Both the position numbers and the translations under genes were made by a program. From Paludibacteraceae bacterium (GTDB lineage Bacteria > Bacteroidota > Bacteroidia > Bacteroidales > Paludibacteraceae): a stretch of 64,000 nt of DNA. The notes beneath the pieces were generated by a model. The model was not told the origin of the DNA. It worked only from the letters and a program-made list of their open reading frames with translations, and searched no databases. Positions 19,347 through 26,834 of this stretch are shown piece by piece; position 1 is the first letter of the stretch; every line of letters begins with the position of its first letter. Location: NCBI GenBank assembly GCA_024399955.1, contig JAKSNH010000009.1, positions 9,993-73,992 on the forward strand. Direction: 5' to 3'.

Positions 19347-21434
19347 ATGGCACTACAACAGACATTGGAAATTCAGTTTGAAGAACCGCAAGAAAACACA
19401 GAAATTATGGCAAAAAGTATTGAAGAAAAAGTAGAAGATTGGGCAAAAAAGCAGTTTGGCTCTCAAAAGTACTACACCAAAACCGAAAGTATCAACTCCG
19501 AAATAGACGGTGCTTTGCACAAAGCCCCCAGTAAAAGTGGTGGTTCAGGTTCTAATTTCCCCGACATCAAATGTATGATAGATGTTGACAATCGTCATAT
19601 TCCAGTAATGATAGAAGCCAAAGGTACACAAGGGGATCTCATTAAATTAGATGCAACGGGGGCGGTTGAAAATTTCACAAAGAAAGGTGACCCTAATTAT
19701 AGTAATATCGCCAAATATGCTGTAAATGGTGCCATTCATTATGCGCGTGCCATTTTAGACTTTGCACCATCTTATAAAGAGGTACTTGCTATTGGAATAA
19801 ATGGTTATGAACAAGGTGCAGAAATCAAATATGAAGTTAGTGCTTGGTATATAAGCAAGGACAACTGGTTCGTTCCAAAACATATCGCGGACTATGAAGA
19901 TATGAGTTTCTTAATAAAAAAGAACACAAAAGAATTGGTTGCAAAATTAGATACTTTGGGTTTGACAGATTCGGAGAAAGAAGCACAAAAACGCATTCTT
20001 GAAAACAACATAGACGTTGCCCTAAAAGATCTTAACCAAATGTTGCGCGATGAACAAAATATCGTAGTGGAAAATCGTGTGCAACTCGTTGCGGGCATGA
20101 TTATGGCAGGACTTGGAACAATTGGTGTAATGCCTTTGCAAATTGAAGATTTAAAAGGATTAACAGATGATGACAACGATGGACAAATTATTTTGCGAAA
20201 AATTAAAGCATTTTTGGCTGCGAAACAATTGCCACAGGAAAAAATAGATACAATAATAGGAGTGCTTAATGTCCCGTTTATCCAATCCGATTTACAAATT
20301 TCAGTAGAAGGAGAAAGTAAACTACATACTATTTATAAAGAAGTAAAGACAAAAATTCTTCCATATTTATCAGGTGAATTGCATGATTTGGATTTTACAG
20401 GTCGTCTATTTAATGTGATGAATGATTGGGTAGCCGTTCCTGATGGCGATAAAAACGATGTCGTGCTAACTCCTCGTTATGTTACGAACTTAATGGCGAA
20501 ACTATGTAATGTTAATAGAGATAGTTATGTTTGGGACTTTGCTACAGGCTCTGCTGGTTTCCTTATTTCTGCTATGAACGAAATGATAGCTGATGCTAAA
20601 GCGAATATCACAAGTCCGAGCAAATTGGAGGAAAAAGTGTTGAAAATCAAGATGGAGCAACTTCTTGGTATAGAAAAACTGCCCGATGTTTACACATTAG
20701 CAGTTCTTAATATGATTTTGATGAAGGATGGAAGTGCTAATATTATTAAGGACAACTCATTAAATTACGATGGTACTTACAAACAAGGCACAAATAATGG
20801 AAAACCATTCCCAGCAACGGTATTCTTACTTAACCCGCCATATTCAGCAGAGGGTAAGGGCTTGATATTTGTAGATAAAGCCCTTAAAATGATGAATCAT
20901 GGTGGACGTGCTGCTGTGTTAATACAGGAAAATGCAGGAAGTGGTGCGGGACTTCCATACGCTGCCAATATACTGAAAAATAACACGTTGCTTGCATCTA
21001 TCAAGATGGCAGATATTTTTAAAGGAAAAGCGAACGTACAAACAGCTATATATTTATTTGAGGTTAATCGTCCTCATGATGAACATGATATAGTGCGCTT
21101 TATTGATTTTTCCGAAGATGGTTACACTCGTTCCAATAGAAAAAAAGCAAGTTATAAGGTCAATCTGCGTGATACCAATAATGCGGAAGAACGTTATAAA
21201 GAGGTAGAGATATTGGCAAAATACGGAAAGGGCGTAGACGGAGAAAATCTACATTATTTTGAAAATTGCTACAAGGAAGATACAATCTCCTTAAAAGGTA
21301 ACGATTGGACATACGACAAACATAAGAATGTCATATCTGCGCCAACCCATAAAGATTTTGCAAAGGTCGTAAGTGATTATTTAGCGTGGCGAGTGTCAGA
21401 TATGATGAAGGAGGATAGTTTGGGAAAACTGTAA
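19347..21434 (+). CDS. restriction-modification A subunit: N-terminal PD-(D/E)xK-like nuclease region + gamma-class N6-adenine DNA methyltransferase (BcgIA-like / HsdM-like)
   Basis: N-terminus: NFPDIKCMIDVDNRHIPVMIEAKG (PD ... ExK). C-terminal half: VLTPRYV, VWDFATGSAGFLI (motif I), LLNPPYS (motif IV). Confidence 0.7.
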   Translation: MALQQTLEIQFEEPQENTEIMAKSIEEKVEDWAKKQFGSQKYYTKTESINSEIDGALHKAPSKSGGSGSNFPDIKCMIDVDNRHIPVMIEAKGTQGDLIKLDATGAVENFTKKGDPNYSNIAKYAVNGAIHYARAILDFAPSYKEVLAIGINGYEQGAEIKYEVSAWYISKDNWFVPKHIADYEDMSFLIKKNTKELVAKLDTLGLTDSEKEAQKRILENNIDVALKDLNQMLRDEQNIVVENRVQLVAGMIMAGLGTIGVMPLQIEDLKGLTDDDNDGQIILRKIKAFLAAKQLPQEKIDTIIGVLNVPFIQSDLQISVEGESKLHTIYKEVKTKILPYLSGELHDLDFTGRLFNVMNDWVAVPDGDKNDVVLTPRYVTNLMAKLCNVNRDSYVWDFATGSAGFLISAMNEMIADAKANITSPSKLEEKVLKIKMEQLLGIEKLPDVYTLAVLNMILMKDGSANIIKDNSLNYDGTYKQGTNNGKPFPATVFLLNPPYSAEGKGLIFVDKALKMMNHGGRAAVLIQENAGSGAGLPYAANILKNNTLLASIKMADIFKGKANVQTAIYLFEVNRPHDEHDIVRFIDFSEDGYTRSNRKKASYKVNLRDTNNAEERYKEVEILAKYGKGVDGENLHYFENCYKEDTISLKGNDWTYDKHKNVISAPTHKDFAKVVSDYLAWRVSDMMKEDSLGKL

Positions 21435-21445
21435 GCCCTCGCACG

Positions 21446-22603
21446 ATGCCACCTTGCGAGGGCGGTTACAAAGAATTCGAAATAGGCAAATTATTTGATG
21501 TGAAAACATCTAAAAGTGTTGATAAAAATGGACTTTTTTTAGTTGATAAGGATTCTAATACTGTTCAATTTATTGGTAGAACTCAAGTTAACAACGGAAT
21601 ACAAGGCTATACCAAACGCTTGCATTTCGCGCCTAATCCTGCTCAAACATTTTCAGTTATTCAAATAGGGGATAAGGTGATACAATATCGAGAATCGGAA
21701 TGGTATGCTTCTCAAAACATTTTTATTTTAACTCCTTTATTTCCCAAACTGATAGATACAAATATATATATTATTGGAGCAACAAATAAAGCCCTTTTAA
21801 GATTTAATGGGGGGTATAATGATTATCCAACCTTGAACACATTAAAAAAATTACGAATTACACTACCGACAACAAGTGATGGTAATATTGATTTCCACAC
21901 GATGGAGACTTTTGTTAAAGAATTGGAGCAGGAGTGTCTTTCTCAAATCTTTGCCAAAAATGAAAGAACTTTGGATTGTTATCTTAAAGCAGCCAATGCA
22001 GCAGATACAACATTAACCAACGAGGAGAAAAAAGCGATTGATCAAATCGAAAATATGCGGACTACATTCTCAACTATAGCGGCGGAGAAGATATTTTCAG
22101 TAAAAGGCAACCCTCAACTAAACAAAGAAAACTTTATTTTTGCTGAAAACGCGGAATATCCATATTTTACTCGCACAGTAAAAAATAACGGTTTCTTAGG
22201 ATATGTCAAGTATTTAGATGAGGCGCACAAGATTGATGGTAAAGTGCTGGCTGTTGGTATGTTGGGTATGCAGTTCTTCTATGTTGACCACGATTATTAT
22301 TCGGGACAATTCACAAAATCTATACGTCCAAAAGATTTTGAGTTAGATGAGGTTTTGGCCTTGTGGTTTATTTCTTGGTTTAATCAATCAAGCAATTATT
22401 ACAAAAGTCTATTAGTCCGAGACTTTGAAAAGGCATTTAATAATACGAAGATTACGCTGCCAATAGATGCTGATGGAAAAATAGATTTTGCCTTAATGAG
22501 AATGTATATTTCGGCCATAAAAAAGATAGTGATTCAAGAAGTTAGAGAAAGGATGGCAAAAGAATATGCCGCGTATCATCAGGTAATAGGAGAAACGGAA
22601 TAA
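21446..22603 (+). CDS. RM specificity subunit (HsdS/BcgIB-like, two TRDs)
   Basis: Two half-repeats, each ending in a conserved helix (IDFHTMETFVKELEQE... and IDFALMRMYISAIKKIV...), begin 12 nt after the methylase gene. Confidence 0.75.
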   Translation: MPPCEGGYKEFEIGKLFDVKTSKSVDKNGLFLVDKDSNTVQFIGRTQVNNGIQGYTKRLHFAPNPAQTFSVIQIGDKVIQYRESEWYASQNIFILTPLFPKLIDTNIYIIGATNKALLRFNGGYNDYPTLNTLKKLRITLPTTSDGNIDFHTMETFVKELEQECLSQIFAKNERTLDCYLKAANAADTTLTNEEKKAIDQIENMRTTFSTIAAEKIFSVKGNPQLNKENFIFAENAEYPYFTRTVKNNGFLGYVKYLDEAHKIDGKVLAVGMLGMQFFYVDHDYYSGQFTKSIRPKDFELDEVLALWFISWFNQSSNYYKSLLVRDFEKAFNNTKITLPIDADGKIDFALMRMYISAIKKIVIQEVRERMAKEYAAYHQVIGETE

Positions 22604-22643
22604 TGACGTCTTATTACACAACGAAATCGCCTTTATTGAATCA

Positions 22644-23075
22644 ATGATAAAACCAATGTATCAACATCCACTAAGGCATAATGAGTTCTGGACGGTGGAG
22701 GAAGAGACTCAGCTGAAGGAATTGATGCGTCAGGAGATGACTATTCGTGAAGTGGCAGAAACTATGGAAAGAACACCGATGGCAGTTCTTTTGAGGGTTC
22801 GTCGGATAGTTGGTATAGATATGCCGATTATGGAGACTGCCGGAGTGACGTATAAAGATAATACACGATGGATGGAGCACGAGGATAGTTACCTTATGGA
22901 ACAATTCCTAGCAGGACAATCTGTTAATTCTTTGGCTAAATACTTTGACCGCACGCCTAAGGCAGTCGTGGCACGGCTGAATAAAGTGCTAACCGATGCC
23001 AGCGAATTAAATAAAACCTATCAACGAATACGTAAACTACGAAAGCTTTATCCCTCCCCATCCTTAAAAAAGTGA
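22644..23075 (+). CDS. tandem Myb/SANT-like HTH protein, unknown function
   Basis: Two internal repeats: FWTVEEETQLKELMRQEMTIREVAETMERTPMAVLLRVRRI and RWMEHEDSYLMEQFLAGQSVNSLAKYFDRTPKAVVARLNKV. Basic tail. Confidence 0.55.
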   Translation: MIKPMYQHPLRHNEFWTVEEETQLKELMRQEMTIREVAETMERTPMAVLLRVRRIVGIDMPIMETAGVTYKDNTRWMEHEDSYLMEQFLAGQSVNSLAKYFDRTPKAVVARLNKVLTDASELNKTYQRIRKLRKLYPSPSLKK

Positions 23076-23108
23076 ACAACTCCCAACGTTTCCTATTATT
23101 AATATTTT

Positions 23109-23146
23109 GCGAGGCAGAAAACAGTTCGTTCTCTGCCTCGCTTTTT
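23109..23146 (+). terminator. rho-independent terminator after the Myb-like gene
   Basis: gcgaggcaga ... tctgcctcgc is a 10-bp stem followed by ttttt. Confidence 0.75.
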
Positions 23147-23298
23147 CATTTCTCATGGACGCAAGTACCCAACCTCACTTTCGCGTTCGTCACCTTCCAT
23201 CAAGACAACTGAATGTTGGATTGTTAAAATATGCAAAATGGTGAAATTCAATAACTTATGTGTGCTCTGTTTCAGAAGGCATCCTAAAAAACATGGCT

Positions 23299-23351
23299 TG
23301 AGGATTTGAGGAATTGAGGATTTCAATTTTCTCAAATCCTCAAAATCCTCA
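23299..23351. repeat. imperfect palindrome built from GAGGATT/AATCCTC units
   Basis: tgaggattt (23315-23323) pairs with aaatcctca (23334-23342). Further GAGGAWTT units lie on the left and AATCCTC units on the right. Confidence 0.75.
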
Positions 23352-23361
23352 CCTTAGGATA

Positions 23362-23410
23362 TCAATTACCTGCGGTGCTTGTTGCTTTATCTTTTACGCT
23401 TTGCGTCAGT
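23362..23410 (+). repeat. intergenic module tcaattacctgcggtgct... (second copy at 63368..63416)
   Basis: By-eye alignment of ~50 nt, most positions identical, same orientation. Confidence 0.7.
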
Positions 23411-23447
23411 TTTGGCTAATTCCTAATTGGTTAATTGGCTAATTGCT
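23411..23447 (+). repeat. TAATTGG/TAATTCC array
   Basis: tttggctaattcctaattggttaattggctaattgc. It contains the 17-mer GGCTAATTCCTAATTGG, also present at 18769 and 37780. Confidence 0.85.
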
Positions 23448-23524
23448 CGCCGTTCAAAGCACACTTGTAAATGCTTTTAATTAGGCTGCTTGCAGCCCCC
23501 GAAAGAGCTCGTGAGAGGTCTTTC

Positions 23525-23601
23525 GGAGAGGAGGAACGCAACACGCCTGTTGATTAAGCTTCGCGGCAATCAACCATTGCGTGCTCGCCGTTCCGACGAC
23601 G
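23525..23601 (+). repeat. orphan copy of the tRNA-Ser 5' leader hairpin element (inverted relative to 42800..42873)
   Basis: ggagaggagga..cgcctgttgatt-12nt-aatcaacc..cgacgacg aligns with the reverse complement of 42800-42873. The shared inner stem is gttgatt/aatcaac. Confidence 0.75.
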
Positions 23602-23670
23602 GGTGTTTGTCGGGTGTTTATAAGCCCCTGCGACACCCCACCTCCGACCAACTCCAAAAGTAAGCACCTA

Positions 23671-23718
23671 TTGCCCAAAAAAAATCGCGATTTCGTGCAA
23701 AAAGTATAATTTTTATTT
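23671..23718 (+). repeat. ~45-nt module tgcccaaaaa(aaa)tcgcgatttcgtgcaaaaagtataatttttattt (inverted copy at 43035..43078)
   Basis: Near-identical to the reverse complement of 43035-43078, apart from A-run length (A8 vs A5) and the first 1-2 nt. Confidence 0.85.
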
Positions 23719-23739
23719 GCGTATATCATTTGTTTTTTG

Positions 23740-23747
23740 TACCTTTG
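23740..23747 (+). promoter_or_regulatory. -7 box TACCTTTG (with TTTG at 23716-23719, 20-nt spacer) for the AAA ATPase gene
   Basis: ttatTTTGcgtatatcatttgttttttgTACCTTTGcag fits the -33/-7 spacing. Confidence 0.6.
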
Positions 23748-23801
23748 CAGTGGATTTAGTAGAAATTTATGTAGTTAACGTCAAAAAAGTCTAATGAAAT
23801 A

Positions 23802-25061
23802 ATGATTTTTAATAGACAATTATATGTAAATCAATTGGTTGAACACAAAAATAACCAGATGATAAAGGTGATTACTGGCATTCGCCGTTGTGGTAAGTCA
23901 TACCTGTTGTTTAACTTGTTTTTCGATTACCTTGTTCAGTCTGGAGTTACTGAAGACCACATCATTTGTATTCGTTTGGATAATCGCTTAGATGCCGAAT
24001 ATCGTAATCCTGATACATGTTTGTCCTACATTATCTCTCGCATTCAGGATAAACAATCACAATATTATTTACTGATAGATGAAGTACAAAAAATGGATGA
24101 GTTTGAGGACGTGCTCAATACTTGTCTTCAAATACCCAATTTAGATTGTTATGTTAGCGGAAGCAATTCTAAATTGTTAAGTAGTGATATTATTACCGAA
24201 TTTAGAGATCGTGGAGATGAAATACGCTTACAACCATTAAGTTTTTCTGAATATTGGGAAGCATTTCCGGATAAGTCATGGGATCAAGCATGGTCCGAAT
24301 ATTCCACGTATGGCGGACTGCCGCACACTTTGCAATTGACCACCGAAAACAGTAAAATCAATTATCTAAAGGAACTTTTCCGTAAAACCTATTTCCGAGA
24401 TATTATTGACCGTTACCATATCAATCAAACTGCTCCGTTAGGCCGATTATTAGACATCTTGTGCTCCAATGTGGGTTCATTAACCAACCCCAAAAAGTTA
24501 GAAGATACATTTCGTAGTTCTGGTAATATTCGTTTAACTGACGTTACTATTCGTCAATACATAGATTATTTCAAAGATGCCTTTTTGCTTAGCGAAGTAG
24601 AACGTTATGATGTTAAGGGGAAACACTATATTTCAACTCCTCTTAAATATTATTTAACAGATATGGGATTAAGAAATGCCCGACTCAATTTTAGACAAAT
24701 TGAAGAAACGCATTTGATGGAGAATGTCATATATAATGAACTAATTTATCGTGGATATAGTGTGGATATTGGCGTTGTCGATGTATATGAAAAGGATGAA
24801 AATAACAAGCAAATCCGCAAACAAACCGAAATAGACTTCGTGGTAAATCAAGGGAGTCAACGCTATTATATCCAATCAGCCTATGACATCCCTAATCAAG
24901 AAAAAGAGACGCAAGAAATACGCCCCTTAAAAAATATCCACGATAACTTTAAAAAAATCGTAATTGTTAAAGCTGATATATTATTGCGTAGAAACGAAGA
25001 CGGAATAGTAACTATGAGTTTAAAACAATTTTTAACAGATCCTAATAGTCTATCGCTGTAA
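23802..25061 (+). CDS. AAA-family ATPase with DUF4143-type C-terminal domain
   Basis: Walker A ITGIRRCGKSYLL and Walker B YYLLIDEVQ. Length and organisation match the widespread AAA_14/DUF4143 family. Confidence 0.7.
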   Translation: MIFNRQLYVNQLVEHKNNQMIKVITGIRRCGKSYLLFNLFFDYLVQSGVTEDHIICIRLDNRLDAEYRNPDTCLSYIISRIQDKQSQYYLLIDEVQKMDEFEDVLNTCLQIPNLDCYVSGSNSKLLSSDIITEFRDRGDEIRLQPLSFSEYWEAFPDKSWDQAWSEYSTYGGLPHTLQLTTENSKINYLKELFRKTYFRDIIDRYHINQTAPLGRLLDILCSNVGSLTNPKKLEDTFRSSGNIRLTDVTIRQYIDYFKDAFLLSEVERYDVKGKHYISTPLKYYLTDMGLRNARLNFRQIEETHLMENVIYNELIYRGYSVDIGVVDVYEKDENNKQIRKQTEIDFVVNQGSQRYYIQSAYDIPNQEKETQEIRPLKNIHDNFKKIVIVKADILLRRNEDGIVTMSLKQFLTDPNSLSL

Positions 25062-25207
25062 TTACCCCCCCCCTATTTGAATGATATGAGCATTTTCTTG
25101 TTTCGTTCTCGTCCTTGTTTACATTAAAAGGTGGCTGTGTGGCCACCATTTAGGTGCTTTTTTTGCATTTTTTTGCTGATTTATTTGTGTATATCAAAAA
25201 AAAGCAG

Positions 25208-25215
25208 TATCTTTG
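25208..25215 (+). promoter_or_regulatory. -7 box TATCTTTG for the rpsF-rpsR-rplI operon
   Basis: ttatttgtgtatatcaaaaaaaagcagTATCTTTGcac. Confidence 0.55.
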
Positions 25216-25301
25216 CACGCTTTTTGGCGCGATGCCGGAAGAAAATAGGTACTAGTTAACTAGTAACTACATATTAATTACTAACTAAAAACAAATCATT
25301 T

Positions 25302-25664
25302 ATGTTAAATCATTATGAAGCTGCTTTCGTTTTGACTCCCGTTTTATCTGAGGCACAGATGAAGGAAGCAGTTGACAAATTCGAGAAACTCCTCAAGGAC
25401 AACGGAGCAGCCATTCTGAACCGTGAGGAGTGGGGTTTGAAGAAATTAGCTTACCCCATCCAAGGTAAAACGACCGGTTTCTACTCATTACTTCAATTTG
25501 ATGTAGAACCCGCTATTATCGCTACGCTCGAGACAGAGTTCCGTCGTGATGAGAAGGTTATTCGTTTCCTTACCACCCGTCTGGACAAGTATGCATTTGA
25601 GTACGCAGAGAAACGTCGTCATGCAAAAAAGAATGTTGAACCCGCTAAAGTAGAGGAGGCTTAA
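25302..25664 (+). CDS. rpsF: 30S ribosomal protein S6
   Basis: [19 protein letters not shown]...[18 protein letters not shown]. Confidence 0.93.
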   Translation: MLNHYEAAFVLTPVLSEAQMKEAVDKFEKLLKDNGAAILNREEWGLKKLAYPIQGKTTGFYSLLQFDVEPAIIATLETEFRRDEKVIRFLTTRLDKYAFEYAEKRRHAKKNVEPAKVEEA

Positions 25665-25666
25665 TT

Positions 25667-25930
25667 ATGGCACAAGAAGAAGTTCGCTATCTCACTCCAC
25701 AACAAAATGTTGAGAAGAAGAAAAAGTACTGCCGTTTCCTGAAGAGCGGTATTCGTTACATCGACTACAAGGACCCAGAGTTCCTGAAGAAATTCCTGAA
25801 CGAGCAAGGTAAGATCCTGCCTCGCCGTATTACCGGTACCAGTTTGAAGTATCAGCGCAAAGTGGCTCAAGCCGTTAAAAAGGCTCGTCACCTGGCTCTG
25901 CTGCCTTACGTAACCGATATGATGAAATAA
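25667..25930 (+). CDS. rpsR: 30S ribosomal protein S18
   Basis: [50 protein letters not shown]. Confidence 0.95.
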   Translation: MAQEEVRYLTPQQNVEKKKKYCRFLKSGIRYIDYKDPEFLKKFLNEQGKILPRRITGTSLKYQRKVAQAVKKARHLALLPYVTDMMK

Positions 25931-25959
25931 TTGTTTAACCCCTTAAAAGTTTAAAGATT

Positions 25960-26400
25960 ATGGAAGTTATATTGATTCAAGATGTAAACAATCTGGGTTA
26001 CAAAAACGATATCGTTAAGGTAAAAGACGGTTATGGCCGTAACTATCTGATCCCCAATAAATTGGCCATCATTGCTAACGATAGCAATCGTAAACAATTG
26101 GCTGAGAATTTGAAGCAACAAGCTAAGAAATTGGCTCAGCAATTAGCTGATGCTCAGGCTCTGGCTGAAAAGTTGGCCGGAATGACTATCCAATTAGCTG
26201 CTAAGGCTAATGAAGATGGTAAGATCTTCGGTACTATCACTACTGCTCAAGTTAGCGAAGCACTCGCTAATGCCGGTATTGAAATCGACAAGCGCGTCAT
26301 CACTATCGAACCTGTTAAGGAACTGGGTGAGGCTGTAGCTGTTGCTAAACTGCACCGCGAAGTAAAAGCAGAAATCAAACTCAACATCGTTGCTGAATAA
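25960..26400 (+). CDS. rplI: 50S ribosomal protein L9
   Basis: MEVILIQDVNNLGYKNDIVKVKDGYGRNYLIP. Confidence 0.93.
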   Translation: MEVILIQDVNNLGYKNDIVKVKDGYGRNYLIPNKLAIIANDSNRKQLAENLKQQAKKLAQQLADAQALAEKLAGMTIQLAAKANEDGKIFGTITTAQVSEALANAGIEIDKRVITIEPVKELGEAVAVAKLHREVKAEIKLNIVAE

Positions 26401-26494
26401 TAATAATAAATTATGAAGGTTTGTGCGAGTTGAGTGAATGCTCGCTTTTGCAACTCAACGAAGCCAAAGCTCCAAAAAAAAACGCAGTTTTTTT

Positions 26495-26749
26495 ATGAAA
26501 AATGGAATTCATCCTGATAACTACCGCGTTGTAGTTTTCAAAGATATGTCGGATGGTACACAATTCTTCAGCCGCTCCACTGCTGCTACGAAGGACACCA
26601 TCGAGATTGAAGGAACCACTTATCCTTTGATTAAGCTTGAAATCTCTAACACGAGTCACCCCTTCTACACGGGTAAATCTAAACTGGTGGATACTGCCGG
26701 TCGCGTAGATAAGTTCATGAGCCGTTACGGAGATCGTAAGCGCAAGTAA
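26495..26749 (+). CDS. rpmE2: 50S ribosomal protein L31, type B
   Basis: [17 protein letters not shown]...SHPFYTGK, with no CxxC motif. Start taken at the internal ATG of listed ORF 26438. Confidence 0.9.
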   Translation: MKNGIHPDNYRVVVFKDMSDGTQFFSRSTAATKDTIEIEGTTYPLIKLEISNTSHPFYTGKSKLVDTAGRVDKFMSRYGDRKRK

Positions 26750-26761
26750 GACTTACAGTAA

Positions 26762-26792
26762 AGCGCATTTTCGTGAGAAAGTGCGCTTTTTT
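26762..26792 (+). terminator. rho-independent terminator after rpmE2
   Basis: agcgcattttc-gtga-gaaagtgcgct followed by tttttt. Confidence 0.75.
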
Positions 26793-26834
26793 GATTACAA
26801 TAGCACTATACTAATTACTTAATATTTATTAACT

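Noticed and set aside
19347-22603. Reading the RM genes as a decayed Type I system that lost hsdR
   Set aside because: This is still possible. However, the methylase carries an extra N-terminal region with a PD...ExK motif, and both genes are intact and tightly coupled, which fits the BcgI-like Type IIB architecture better.
23601-23660. Possible degenerate tRNA following the orphan leader copy
   Set aside because: Neither strand can be folded into a cloverleaf: there is no GTTCRANYC T-loop, no acceptor pairing, and no similarity to the tRNA-Ser at 42710-42796.
23481-23729. 82-aa minus ORF (and 23153..23335, 60 aa) in the island's non-coding stretch
   Set aside because: It overlaps repeat modules shared with non-coding regions at 42.8-43.1 kb. 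It has no start context or domain and its composition is driven by the GC hairpins.
18756-25301. Island as prophage, ICE or IS element
   Set aside because: No integrase, transposase, relaxase, or capsid or tail genes are present, and no tRNA 3'-end duplication was seen. Only short repeat-family sequences flank it.
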